A stretch of 64,000 nt of DNA, from IMG/VR virus record IMGVR_UViG_3300020576_002235; one strand, written 5' to 3'. This DNA comes from an uncultured virus (IMG/VR IMGVR_UViG_3300020576_002235). Its lineage: Duplodnaviria > Heunggongvirae > Uroviricota > Caudoviricetes. Position 1 is the first letter of the stretch. Each line of letters starts with the position of its first letter. Made by a program: the position numbers and the translations under genes. The notes beneath the pieces were generated by a model, which was given only the letters and a program-made list of their open reading frames with translations, searched no databases and had not been told where the DNA came from. Below are positions 48,861 to 59,599 of the stretch, one piece after another.

Positions 48861-49157
48861 CTACTCCTTCAAATAATCTGGAATCTCGGGCCACCTGTGA
48901 TGTTCCCACCACTCGCTGCCGTCATACTCCCCGCGAGTAGCCCACGTACCGGCCTTGAACCACAGCGTTCCGTATACGAGTTGCCCACCAAAGCCGTTGT
49001 CGTACTCAAAGTCTAGTGACCGCAGAAATCCTGCGTACTGTTCTTCTGTGTACCCGTCGCACAGCTTGAGGTGTTTGCCCATGTATTTAATGGCTGCGCA
49101 CCGCAGGTTAACCTTATAGACAATCAACAAGTTTAGCAACTCTTCTTTAGCGTTCAT
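48861..49157 (-). CDS. Hypothetical phage protein
   Basis: YDNGFGGQ and RGEYDGSEWW motifs. Confidence 0.65.
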   Translation of the reverse strand: MNAKEELLNLLIVYKVNLRCAAIKYMGKHLKLCDGYTEEQYAGFLRSLDFEYDNGFGGQLVYGTLWFKAGTWATRGEYDGSEWWEHHRWPEIPDYLKE

Positions 49158-49181
49158 ATAAGTCCTTTCAATCTAGTTTAC

Positions 49182-50579
49182 TCAACCACCCAACAGCATT
49201 TTTCGTATCCCTTTCTTGCTGTCATCCACAAGCTCCACCAAATCCTCATTCTTCATCAGCCCAGCAAAGATGTGCTCTTGAATGGTGCCTTTAGCTATAG
49301 CGATTTTCATGATAGGCTTCCTTGTCTGGCCCGGCCTATCGACGCGACCTACGGCCTGTCTCATAAGCATAGAGGTCGTTTCGCCCTCCAGGAATACAGC
49401 ATAGCTGCAAACAAACTGCGCATTAAGACCTGCCCCGCAACTCTGATACTGCCCGATAAGCACTCTAGTTTGGGGGTCGTTCATAAATGCGTTGACTGAT
49501 TTCTCAGAGTCGGCTCCTCCATAAGCGGCTACGGCTTTTACACCTTTGCCGTTGATGTAGTCAAGCAGCTTTGCTGCAGTGCGTCGGTACTTAATCCAAA
49601 GTATAATTTTGGTTTTAGTCACATCAGCACACTCGCTTTCCTCTAAACACTCGTCAACTACGTCTAAGGCCGCGCTTCTCTTGGTAGGGTCGTTGGAAAA
49701 ATAGTCAAAGTTAACTACGACTTGCTGGGTTGCATGTAGCAGCTTTTGGACGCTGGTAGCGTCTATCTTTTCACCGTCATCAAATAGCAGCAATTGCTCA
49801 TCAACAAGCTTCTCGTACAAACGCATATGCTCTGCTGACAGTTCGTACATGGAGTCAGGAAAGATAGGTGTCAGGTTATAGCCGTGTAACTCCTCCTTTG
49901 TTCTTGAGATATTGTGCAAGGCAAAATTAGACTTTAACAGTTCCAAATTTGTGAAAGCTACAGGTCTCTTGAAGTAGTCCCGTTCCAATACGTGAACCGT
50001 CTCAAACTGCCCGTAGCTTCTATAAACATCTGGAGTGCATATCTTGATGTAAGAATAAGCGTCCAAGGGTTTGCTGATAGGTGTACCAGTTAACAGTTGT
50101 ACATTAGCGTGCTGACTAATAGCTTGCACTTCCCTAAACAGTCGGGATGCGGGATTCTTCAATGCTGCAGCTTCGTCAACTATAAGCTCTACATCTCTTA
50201 GGCTGCTTACCCAGTCAAAATCGAGCCGCATGATTGTGTGAGACATCAACAGCCACTGGAACTCTGTGCCCCTAAGCGCCTTACGTTCTGTAGGTGTTCC
50301 CCGATAAACACACACACCCTCAGACACTTTGTTTAACCAATTCCTCCAAGGAGTTAGTAATATCGGTGGCATAGTGACGATCTTTAGAGGTCGTCCACGC
50401 ATCATCGCTACGGCTGTACTCACGACGGATTTCCCGCCCCCGACTTCGTAGGAGTTTAACGACGCTTGCCACCCTAGGAATTTCTCCACGTCCTGTATCT
50501 GCACAGGAGTCAACTGGAAGCTCGCTTTCTCGGCGAAGCCGTAATCAGCATCAAACACTGCGTAAGACGTGTAACTCAT
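49182..50579 (-). CDS. SNF2-like superfamily 2 helicase
   Basis: EVGGGKS, IVDEA, LTGTP, GAGLN and QAVGRVDRPGQ motifs. Confidence 0.88.
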   Translation of the reverse strand: MSYTSYAVFDADYGFAEKASFQLTPVQIQDVEKFLGWQASLNSYEVGGGKSVVSTAVAMMRGRPLKIVTMPPILLTPWRNWLNKVSEGVCVYRGTPTERKALRGTEFQWLLMSHTIMRLDFDWVSSLRDVELIVDEAAALKNPASRLFREVQAISQHANVQLLTGTPISKPLDAYSYIKICTPDVYRSYGQFETVHVLERDYFKRPVAFTNLELLKSNFALHNISRTKEELHGYNLTPIFPDSMYELSAEHMRLYEKLVDEQLLLFDDGEKIDATSVQKLLHATQQVVVNFDYFSNDPTKRSAALDVVDECLEESECADVTKTKIILWIKYRRTAAKLLDYINGKGVKAVAAYGGADSEKSVNAFMNDPQTRVLIGQYQSCGAGLNAQFVCSYAVFLEGETTSMLMRQAVGRVDRPGQTRKPIMKIAIAKGTIQEHIFAGLMKNEDLVELVDDSKKGIRKMLLGG

Positions 50580-52119
50580 CGCACAATCGTCTCTTTAGCA
50601 GTTTGCCAATCCCAATCACCACTATCGATCCACTGTAAACAGCCGTGACGCTCTCCGTACCCACTCTCCGAATGACCGCTGCAGGCCATCTCATCTACAC
50701 TGCCGCCAGCACCGTCCTCACAATCGTAAAATTGAATCGCTACGTTATGCTTTCGTGACAGCGCTGCCAGTTCAATCAAAAATGCTTTCTCTTTTGGCGT
50801 GTAATAAGTCATGCAACCTCCGGCAGAAGCCTGTTCAAAGTATCTCGCCACTTTATAGCTTGATCTCTGCCAAACAGATAGATTATATCAAGTCCTAGAG
50901 ATTTAGCTACAGCCTCAGCAGATTCGTTATCTCCGTGATTACCAAGCCTCCGTATGTGCCCGGCCTCACAAATACAAAAATAGTCATCAGTATCCATAAT
51001 CAATCCCTCACACCGTTAATAACTTCACACCAAGCAGCCCAAGCAAGCTCTACGAGGTAGTCACAGCTCTTGTACGTCCCACCCCGCCACATATTAGCAA
51101 CAACCTGTAGGCTCAAGTCGTTCCTATCGGCAAACCATGCCTCAAATCGTTCACTACGCATAATTATTCCTCGTACAGCCATTGGTTGTAAGGACTATCC
51201 CGTTCCAACTCTTCCTCTGTATATCCTGCCGGAACGAGCGGTTCAAAGATACATTCAGTCTCATAGCAGAACGGCCCTTCATCAAAAGGGTTGCCACTAT
51301 TGCAGGAGTGCTTCTTGCACTTGGTGTTATAGCATTCGATAGTCATATCACACCTTATCCAGCGTAACACGCAGATTGACGTGAACCTCACTCCGATTCA
51401 CCTTGTACCACTCACGAAAACCTTCACGAGTCTTAGATGTGATAGCAAAGTCCAACGGCATGAGACCCACCTTACAGTCTAACTGTTGGTTCAACTGACT
51501 CCAACTCATCACACCGTTGCGATGATCTTCGTAAGTGACCAACGGATGCGTTGCCCACACAACATTGAATGCTGCGTAGTTGTTATGCGCAATCAGTCCG
51601 ACACCGGCAGGCTGACCGTTAAGCCCTGTCGTGACATACATAGACGGATGTAGTGGACTCCAATAGAATTTAGCTAGGTTAATAACCATACTTTTAATTT
51701 CAAACATAATTTTCCTTTATACCTTTGTCCCAAGGCTTAACATCAGGACACCCGTGAACCTCTCGGTTCCCACACAGCCAGCCAACTTTAGTTGACCGTT
51801 GCCTATACCCTTGCCCCTGCGTAAATACGCCGGGGTCAGGGCGCGGCCAATAGCAGCTAGCTGTTGGACACTGCTCACAGCATACATCAACCTTCTGCTT
51901 GACACTCTTGTCGTAAATCTTCATCAATATCTCCTGTACCAAACCTGTTAATACATTCAGGGCAGCGTGCCAACTCAGCAACACTGTTTTTGCAGAGTTC
52001 AACCTTGAACACCAGACACACATCAACAGTGCCAAATGCACGATTGCCTTTCCACATACAGATGCTGCCTGCTTCTGTCCTGCACGTCTTCTCACCGTGT
52101 TCAAATCGAATCATACTAA

Positions 52120-52389
52120 TCATACATTCACCTTAAACCCCGCAACTTTACGACCATTCTTCGCAACTGTGTCTACAGGGTACAGCACGCCTTTTTTTGC
52201 TAATTTCCACACCCTACGCCTGACAGACCTTGAATCCTCGCCCAAATCCTTGGACATCTTTGAAATGTGTCCACCGGGATGTTTCTTCAGGTAGTCAAGA
52301 ATAGGTTGTGTCAGCAGCCTGCGTGTCACAACCCTGGGGCCAGGGTTAATCTCATACGGCCACGGCCCCCGAATTTCAGTCTTTGGCAT
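52120..52389 (-). CDS. Winged-helix DNA-binding protein
   Basis: ILDYLKKHPG..ISKMSKDLG.....VRRRVWKL.KKG; start revised to MPKTE. Confidence 0.65.
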   Translation of the reverse strand: MPKTEIRGPWPYEINPGPRVVTRRLLTQPILDYLKKHPGGHISKMSKDLGEDSRSVRRRVWKLAKKGVLYPVDTVAKNGRKVAGFKVNV

Positions 52390-52843
52390 TTGAATCCTCC
52401 ATAAAAAAGCCCATCTTTTCCATCCTGGGAGTGCGGGCCTCGGCCTCCAGAATCGCCACAGAAACGTCCCGCACGCCAAGGGTGCCCACTAGGTCGTCCT
52501 GCCCACCAACGGCGTCCCTGAGCGCCTGGATTCCCTCACCGTCCAAGCCCCAATGACCGCCAGCTTTGGCCCTCGCGTCAGCCCGAAGCATGGCGTCCCG
52601 CGCCGCGATGACAACAGCTTGGCCCGCTTCGTCGCAGTGGTCACGGGTCAACATCATCATGGTGTTGACCACAGAAGCCAAGGCATCCCGATGCTCAACC
52701 GTGGCGGTGCCGCGCAGAGCTTCGTCAAGGCTGACGTGAGCGGCAAGGCTCATATCACACCGGATTGCGGCTGGCACCGGGCGGCGGCGCAGGGCCTGCG
52801 CCACGGGGTTGCGATTGAGTAGCTGCGCTTTCGTAAGCCTCAT
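52376..52843 (-). CDS. Hypothetical protein (GC-rich gene)
   Basis: 155-aa ORF, visibly GC-richer than its neighbours. Confidence 0.65.
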   Translation of the reverse strand: MRLTKAQLLNRNPVAQALRRRPVPAAIRCDMSLAAHVSLDEALRGTATVEHRDALASVVNTMMMLTRDHCDEAGQAVVIAARDAMLRADARAKAGGHWGLDGEGIQALRDAVGGQDDLVGTLGVRDVSVAILEAEARTPRMEKMGFFMEDSNAKD

Positions 52844-53111
52844 ATGTCACCCCACTCCAACACATAACCCTGCACAAAAGAGTCTGCAGCCCACTGCAGC
52901 AAATCCCTAATATGCTCTCTGCCAAAAGGAAAGTTATGATCCAGAACCCATTGGACATACTCTGCAAACGGACTATGTGCGGCAAGAAGTTTATCTGTCA
53001 CTTCCGTAGGAGTCTGCAACAACTCAAACTCAAACTCAATCGTCTGAGTCTCCTGCCTGCCGGTAGCATTCACAGTAATAGCGCTTTTTGCCCACACACA
53101 AAGGTTTCTGC

Positions 53112-53525
53112 TCATTCTAGCTCCTTCGGTATAGCCACTTCACTACCCAGCACACTTTCAACGAAAGTGCGCAGCCCTGCAACAAGCGGCGTCTGCCCAC
53201 ACTGGATATAACGCATACCGTCCTCATAAATCCAAGCAACCCAAAACTCACCTTCTGTAGCCGTACAGATTTTCTCATCTGTGAGAATGTTGCCGCCACC
53301 AGCTTCCCACACCTCACAGTAATAGGGTAGTGGGTGAAGAACGCCCGTAGCGTCAATAATAAATGGAACATTGCTGTCTAACTCAATGTGTTGATATTGA
53401 ATACCTGCATAGTTGTTACGCTTTGCGTGCTCTCGTAAGTAGTCGAAACGCATAACAGGGTTGTTCCCTTCGCAAAGAGCAACTGCCCAATTCAAAGACT
53501 GACCGGTCAGTTCTGATGTCTTCAT
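53112..53525 (-). CDS. NinX-like (DUF2591) phage protein
   Basis: MKTSELTG..LNWAVA; G.TPL.A..R..V...LG.EV.IP.EL. Confidence 0.7.
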   Translation of the reverse strand: MKTSELTGQSLNWAVALCEGNNPVMRFDYLREHAKRNNYAGIQYQHIELDSNVPFIIDATGVLHPLPYYCEVWEAGGGNILTDEKICTATEGEFWVAWIYEDGMRYIQCGQTPLVAGLRTFVESVLGSEVAIPKELE

Positions 53526-53752
53526 TTGTCTTTCTCCAAAAAAGGCTTTAACATACCGTACAACTCGTTGGCACCTAGCAAGTCATCAGGGCCACGTTTC
53601 TTGGTGTGCTGCCGCAAGTAACCACCAAACTCTGAGATCAGGGAGTCATGCAGCAAGGTCTGCTGCTCCAAACGCTCGATGCGTTTATGAAGATTAATTA
53701 CAACTTCTTGAAGCTGCTCAACTGAAAGCTCTAGTACGTCCATAGGGTCTCC

Positions 53753-54628
53753 TTACATATCAATGGGGTCACGCCAACCAATGAATCTCGGAAAGCGAAA
53801 CAAGTCTTTAACGCCTATCGGACAGTGCCTGAATTTGAGCCAGCGTCCGACGTATGCCTCTCTGTTAGCCCACACAAGAATTCTCTCACGATGGGTCAAC
53901 TTTCCGGGAGCTACGTCAAACTCAACTCCATCCAAGACCACACGAAAGCCACCGGCCATGCCGTTACCAGACTTATTTGACGCATGACTGCTACGGTGAG
54001 TGCGACCCAACTCGTCTGTAGTTGCCTCATTGTTATTGGTCTGCGCTTCATAGACATGCAGTATTTGGCAATCGTCGTCCCTAAACGGTTTGCACTTCAC
54101 ACTGTCCTGCGATGTAGCTGTACACCTGCCAAACTTGTACAGTGAGTTTGGGTTTCTTCCGATAAGCCCCTCAAACCCTTGATCCAAGACTGCTGCGTAG
54201 GTAGCGTCTAGCGTCTCTTGGTTGTACACAGGGAACTGCTGCAGCACTTGGATGTACGGAGGCAAGCAACGACTCCTCAACCACTCTAACCGAGTATGAA
54301 AAGGCAACCGCAGGTCTGTCAAGTCGTCAAACACGTAGTAAACAAACTCAGGCTCGCCCTGGATACTCATGACAGCAGAATTAGTCACCCTGTAGACATC
54401 AGCAGCATTAGGCTCTCCCACGATAATCTCACCATCCAGATCAGGCCAGAAGGCTAGCTTAGACCTGATGTGATTGTTAGGGATAGGTTTCAGGCTCCTA
54501 CTCAACGCCTGTCCTCCGATAGTTACGCACCGGATGCCGTCCAGTTTTGTGCTGAACAATTTGGGAAACGTCAACGGAGACTTGCACTTATTGACATCCT
54601 CGCTTAATTGCGGTTTGAATTGGCTCAC
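53753..54628 (-). CDS. ATP-dependent DNA ligase
   Basis: KLDGIR, LDGEI, VFD, FEGLI.R, Y..GR, K.KPF and RFP.F...RD motifs. Confidence 0.93.
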   Translation of the reverse strand: MSQFKPQLSEDVNKCKSPLTFPKLFSTKLDGIRCVTIGGQALSRSLKPIPNNHIRSKLAFWPDLDGEIIVGEPNAADVYRVTNSAVMSIQGEPEFVYYVFDDLTDLRLPFHTRLEWLRSRCLPPYIQVLQQFPVYNQETLDATYAAVLDQGFEGLIGRNPNSLYKFGRCTATSQDSVKCKPFRDDDCQILHVYEAQTNNNEATTDELGRTHRSSHASNKSGNGMAGGFRVVLDGVEFDVAPGKLTHRERILVWANREAYVGRWLKFRHCPIGVKDLFRFPRFIGWRDPIDM

Positions 54629-55289
54629 ACTTCCACCCGCATTTCTACTGAGTGAGTTCTAGCAATACCCTCTCCCACCACTTGTTTGTGGTATAAGGTT
54701 ATTTGGGAGATGCTCACCCCCCACTTGCCCTCGAATTTGCGCAACAAGTCCAGCAACGTATCTTGCAATTCCGCCTTAGCAACTTTCAACTCATTCATCT
54801 TCCAACTCCTTTAACAGTAAATAACTAGCCTCCGCGGCTTCTGCGTCTGTCATCTTGTCGGCAAGCCAAGGGGCGGGCCGACCTCTCCGATCCAGAACAG
54901 CAAACGACACGTCTGGAAACTCTTCTTCGTAGCAAGAGTCAGGGTCTGCGTTAACCTTTGCAGGCACGTAGTCACCAACGACTTCCACAAGAGCGATGAT
55001 GCAGGGGATGCCTGCAATCTTGAACTTCATAGTTAACCTCCTAACAGGTCTGTTGGTTGGCGCTTGTGCGGTTTAATGGAGTGATAACAAGTCTCCCACC
55101 CCGCTCTGTATCCAGCCATAAAGGCTTTATTCAAAGCGCCGATAAGCTCCAGCGCTTCGATCTCATTGTCAAAATGGATAGTGCAAGAGCCACCGTCAAT
55201 AGGCACCCTCACACCAAATGTGTTTTGACTCGTGTTCAACGTAGCATAATCCATAACTTCCTCTCTAAAAGGCGGCGAACCGCCATCGA

Positions 55290-56138
55290 TCAGCCCATCA
55301 AACTATAAGAGCTTCCGTAAATCTCCTGCGGCTCAGCATCCACATAGTAAGCCTTATGATCTTTCACAACCACTGACGGCTCAGTGAGAGCATCACAGAA
55401 CTCGTTGAATTGTAGAAGTTCTACAGTAGCATTCGCTTCAGTCATGAGTTTCCTCACTTCTGGAGTGTTGTGATCTGTCTGCTCCAGGTTCTTCAACTGT
55501 TGTTCCAATTTATTGTCGAACACAAACTGATGCACAGGCAACTCGAACAGGTTTGAGTCGTCCTCGGCCCTACCATCTTCATCCCACTGCTTATCCTTGC
55601 AACCGTAGCTATTACAGGTGCAGTCGCCTAGATAGTGATCGCCGCGTAGGTTGTAGGCTTTCGGTGAACCGATACTCGATCTAACGTCAGCGCCCCCATG
55701 AATCTGCACCAAAGCGCACTCTTCACCACCACACTCAAACGTAATAAACTGAATATCCTGCGACAAACAGTTCTCAAAGTTGTATGTATAAGCTACCGGC
55801 GACATATTGCCCTTTGTTGCAGCGAATTGCTCCATCAGACGTATATTGTACTCGTCTTTGCCTTCGCAAAACGCTTCGTACTCTGCCTGTAACTCAGCAT
55901 TGTACGTCAAATTGTTCTCCATATATGACGCCAAGCTTACAATGAGACACAATTCCAGTTCTGGTTGCGCTCCGGGGTTGTAAACATAAGCCTCCAACCT
56001 TTCCCCAAAGGCCAGATCGTCCCAAGTCTTGCCTTGGTTGCGCTCCCAATGCCTGCCATAAGCCCCACCGCTGTCGCACAAGGCACGCCCTGTGTTCTCT
56101 TGCAGTTGAGCAAGAATCATTTTCTTAGTAATGTCCAT
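55290..56138 (-). CDS. Acidic hypothetical early protein
   Basis: ENTG..LCDSGGAYGRHWERNQ and QIHGGADVR motifs. Confidence 0.7.
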   Translation of the reverse strand: MDITKKMILAQLQENTGRALCDSGGAYGRHWERNQGKTWDDLAFGERLEAYVYNPGAQPELELCLIVSLASYMENNLTYNAELQAEYEAFCEGKDEYNIRLMEQFAATKGNMSPVAYTYNFENCLSQDIQFITFECGGEECALVQIHGGADVRSSIGSPKAYNLRGDHYLGDCTCNSYGCKDKQWDEDGRAEDDSNLFELPVHQFVFDNKLEQQLKNLEQTDHNTPEVRKLMTEANATVELLQFNEFCDALTEPSVVVKDHKAYYVDAEPQEIYGSSYSLMG

Positions 56139-56150
56139 TTAACACCTTAT

Positions 56151-56171
56151 AAAAAAGGCCCCGAAGGGCCT
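56151..56171 (-). terminator. Intrinsic terminator
   Basis: Plus-strand AAAAAAGGCCC-CGAA-GGGCCT; near-copy of the 44647 terminator. Confidence 0.8.
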
Positions 56172-56756
56172 GGTTGAACTAAACCCCACACGCCTTTAGG
56201 AACAGTGCTTTGTTGAAAGACGAGTTCTCAGCGGCAAGTGCAGTGGCAAAAGCCTCAGCAGCTTGTACTTTGTTGGGAAGTGCAGCAATAACCTTTGCAA
56301 TCAGGATATAGTTTTTACGTGACACCTTTAACTCCTTTGGTAAACTGAAACGGTTTCTTCAACTTCAACAGTGCAGTCTGCAACTTCGCCATATCTGCAG
56401 ATTGCTCCATCTTCTGCACAGGTCGGTAGTGCAAGCCAATCAGAACCTTGCCGGTATTGTAAACAGTCTGCTTGGTCATAGCGCCCCCGTGTTATAAGTA
56501 ACTTGTTTGCCGCCCAACTCGCACAACAGCACTACTACGTCCGATGACTTCCGGGCATTCAGCAGGATAGCTGCCTTCATCTGCGCACCATAAGTCGTGT
56601 TAGCCGTGACATCAACAGTTTTGCCATTGTAAAAACACTTATAGCTGTTCATTTTCAACCTTTATAAAAGTAAACTCAGCAACATCACCCATAGTGTTGG
56701 CATCATTGCGCCAACTGAATCTTGAGGGTTGTGCTTTGTAACGTAAGCACGCTCAT

Positions 56757-57389
56757 TCACACTCTCTCCTTTCTGTCTTCCAAGTAATCAAAAATCTTGC
56801 ACAGTCGGTCTGCGTCTGAGCAGTTTGTGTACAGGGTGTTCTCCAACACACCATTACACATGGCGTACTCCATCAACACATACTCGCACATACCGTTAAA
56901 CTCACCGCTCTCACCCTCTGCCAGCGCCTGCATCAGTGTGCCTATCTGATTGCAGTCCCATTCTATAACTTCTCCCCACGCAGTATAATCTGGGCCATAG
57001 AAGCTACTGAAACCGTCTCGACTTGTGTGTCGCAATTCAGCCACATCTTTCAGCACAGCCTTATCTACTCTCTCATAAGCCTTAAGCAGACTGGCTTCGC
57101 TTATCTTACAGATGATCACGTCTGTCGTGAAGTTGTACTCTCTTGGTGACTCAAGCGCCTCAAACTTCAACTCCAGCTCAACAAACGATGCAAAAGCTTC
57201 TGCGTACTCCCTGGCATATTCAGTATGCACAGCTTTCCAGTCCATTGCGTCGTTAGCGTAATCAACAAAGGCGTCTACAGGGTTGCCGGTATCGCGCTCA
57301 CCAAACATACTGTTCAAAGCCTCGTCAAGTGCCATGCTGTGCAGACTCTCGTAAAACCCGCTGAACGGGATTGTCGTCTCATATTCCAT
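56757..57389 (-). CDS. Acidic hypothetical early protein
   Basis: PFSGFYES, SPREYNF.TD and TSRDGF.SFY motifs; AAGGAG RBS. Confidence 0.7.
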   Translation of the reverse strand: MEYETTIPFSGFYESLHSMALDEALNSMFGERDTGNPVDAFVDYANDAMDWKAVHTEYAREYAEAFASFVELELKFEALESPREYNFTTDVIICKISEASLLKAYERVDKAVLKDVAELRHTSRDGFSSFYGPDYTAWGEVIEWDCNQIGTLMQALAEGESGEFNGMCEYVLMEYAMCNGVLENTLYTNCSDADRLCKIFDYLEDRKERV

Positions 57390-57440
57390 AACTCTCTCCT
57401 TTGGATAAAGCCCGCAAAAGCAGGCAAATTGATCACAACG

Positions 57441-58382
57441 CTAACTGTCTTCCCCTTGAGCACATACAGCTTCATCAGACTCTTTAGCCAGACGCTCACA
57501 AGCTGAATCGAAGTGATCGCTCTTCAGAACCTCTTCTGCGTACTTACTGCCGACGAATCCCCAGCAAGAGTCTGTATCAACCTCTGTGCCGTCTTCCTCG
57601 TAAGTCTGCACAACACATCCAAACACCTGACCACTGTTGATATCGTTAAAGAGGCCTAAGAATTGCTGTGCATATTCACGCGCTTTTTTCCTCCGCTCGT
57701 CAGCAGGCAATTTCTGCAATTCTTCGGTCTGATCCTCGCTAGGTATCCATACACCTGCACGGTTATTCGTGTCCCACCGGCATTGCATACCACCGCCTGA
57801 CAGCGACCAGTGTTCACCGCTGTGAGAGTAGACTGACAGTAGTTGAGCGTCGGGATTGCCTGGGAAATAGGCATCTTCGTGCCACATCAACTCCAAAACA
57901 GACTTAAACGTGTCGTCATAGATAGTGTTGTCCCAGTTTGTGTGGGCCGAATCTGTGCGCAGCGCTCTTTTAACAAAGTCTGTGTCGGACTCACCAGGAA
58001 GTTGATCGAAGTCGTAATAACCTCTGAAGTTCTCCAACAAGTCTTCAAGTCCGTACTTAGCGAAAACGGCAGTGATGTATAGATCAGTGGCGAGCACCTC
58101 ATGCCTGCAGTAAATTGCCTCCAAATCAGGCTCTCCGTCTGAGTTATTACCAAGTGCCTCCAATCCTTCTGCATGATTGTCTCTGTTGCTACGATGAAAG
58201 CTGATCAGTGTTCCACAACCCTCTCCCATCAAATCCTCATGATCACAATCTTCATCGTATGTGAGATAGGCGATAACTATCTTGTCGCCTACTTTAGCCT
58301 TCAGAATTTTACCAACTGGCTCATAGTTGACCTTGTAATCCACACCTTCAAAATCTTCTGTGTACACCGTATGTTTACGCAT
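57441..58382 (-). CDS. Acidic hypothetical early protein
   Basis: YSHSG, WD....G.W and DSCWGF.G motifs; start revised to MRKH. Confidence 0.7.
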   Translation of the reverse strand: MRKHTVYTEDFEGVDYKVNYEPVGKILKAKVGDKIVIAYLTYDEDCDHEDLMGEGCGTLISFHRSNRDNHAEGLEALGNNSDGEPDLEAIYCRHEVLATDLYITAVFAKYGLEDLLENFRGYYDFDQLPGESDTDFVKRALRTDSAHTNWDNTIYDDTFKSVLELMWHEDAYFPGNPDAQLLSVYSHSGEHWSLSGGGMQCRWDTNNRAGVWIPSEDQTEELQKLPADERRKKAREYAQQFLGLFNDINSGQVFGCVVQTYEEDGTEVDTDSCWGFVGSKYAEEVLKSDHFDSACERLAKESDEAVCAQGEDS

Positions 58383-58605
58383 TCTCTCTCTCCAGGACTT
58401 GAAAGGTAAAGGTGGATACAAGACCACCGAGGTCGTTAGCGTCGTTCGTCCAACTAAACTCGTACTCGTCAGATACATCAACGCAAGGGCCTAAGCCCTC
58501 GCAGAAATCGTCAATCTCTGCTATATCCGAGTCCTCAAGCCCGGAGGCATCACCGTTGATCAAATAACAAGACCAATACGCTGGAAGTATGTAAGTATCA
58601 GCCAT
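58375..58605 (-). CDS. Small acidic hypothetical protein
   Basis: LP.YW..YLINGDASGLED; AAGGAG RBS. Confidence 0.65.
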   Translation of the reverse strand: MADTYILPAYWSCYLINGDASGLEDSDIAEIDDFCEGLGPCVDVSDEYEFSWTNDANDLGGLVSTFTFQVLERENA

Positions 58606-59287
58606 TTTCGCTCTCCTTTCCTTCTGGTGCCATCGAATGAATGTGCTCGATAGCCTTGTACGTTTCAGCAGCAATTTCTTCGATCACACCATCCAGGTAA
58701 ATTGCCTGCCCCGACGTGCAGCGTCCCCAAATGTCAAGTCCAGCCACGTTTCCAACTGTTTCACCCTTAGCCGCCAAACGATCCTTGAGCCAACTGGAAA
58801 CGATCCAGTGCTCCATCACCTCTGTATATTCGGTGTCCAGACGGTGATCGAGACAGACCTCTTCGTAATTGAACGTCATAGCCCACACTGCTTCGCGCAG
58901 CTTAGGCATGACAGACTCAATCGCCGCCTCGTTAGCGTCGTCTTCGTCGTCGTAGCCTCCTGGAGTACACCCCTCAAAGACGTAATACTCATCTTCGGTC
59001 TGTGTAACTTCAGGCACGATACCGTCTTTCACATCGTCCCAACAGCCGTTGGAGTCGGCTATGCTCTCCAGATCGACAGCATCAGCATCGCTCATGATGA
59101 ACTCCTGCACCGGGGTCTCGAAATCCACCCGCTGACAGAGTTCCAGCAATTCGTCCTGTGAGGTACAAAGTGTATCTTCAAACACTCGTGACTCCGTATA
59201 ACTGGAAATCTCCATAAGCCCGCTAATGAGGGAGGAAGCGCAAGCGTAAACATGATCGTTAACAATTTTACCAGCATAATTTTCCAT
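58598..59287 (-). CDS. Acidic hypothetical early protein
   Basis: E..EHWIVS.WL...L...GE and WGR.TSGQAI..D motifs. Confidence 0.7.
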   Translation of the reverse strand: MENYAGKIVNDHVYACASSLISGLMEISSYTESRVFEDTLCTSQDELLELCQRVDFETPVQEFIMSDADAVDLESIADSNGCWDDVKDGIVPEVTQTEDEYYVFEGCTPGGYDDEDDANEAAIESVMPKLREAVWAMTFNYEEVCLDHRLDTEYTEVMEHWIVSSWLKDRLAAKGETVGNVAGLDIWGRCTSGQAIYLDGVIEEIAAETYKAIEHIHSMAPEGKESENG

Positions 59288-59566
59288 AAAATTTCCTTTA
59301 AGAGTGAATTGATGTGCAAAGCACACCGTACAGCAGCCTGAGCTGGCTGCTGTGGGTTGTGTTTTACTGATTATGAATGGGTATAGCCATCCTTTTCAAT
59401 TCCGAGCCACATAGTGTGAAATTCCACCATTACACAACCGTCCATACAAAATGTCGGTTGGACTCTGCGTCGGAAGACTTTGTAAGGTGGTGGAAATTCT
59501 AAGCGTAGATAGATGCGCTTGAGCGCCAAGCGCTGTGCTTTGGTAATAAACATAACGGTTCCTTTC

Positions 59567-59592
59567 AAAAATAAAGCCTGCTCGCGCAGGCT
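59567..59592 (-). terminator. Terminator downstream of HNH paralog B
   Basis: Minus-strand AGCCTGC-GCGA-GCAGGCT followed by TTATTTTT. Confidence 0.75.
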
Positions 59593-59599
59593 GTTTGTG

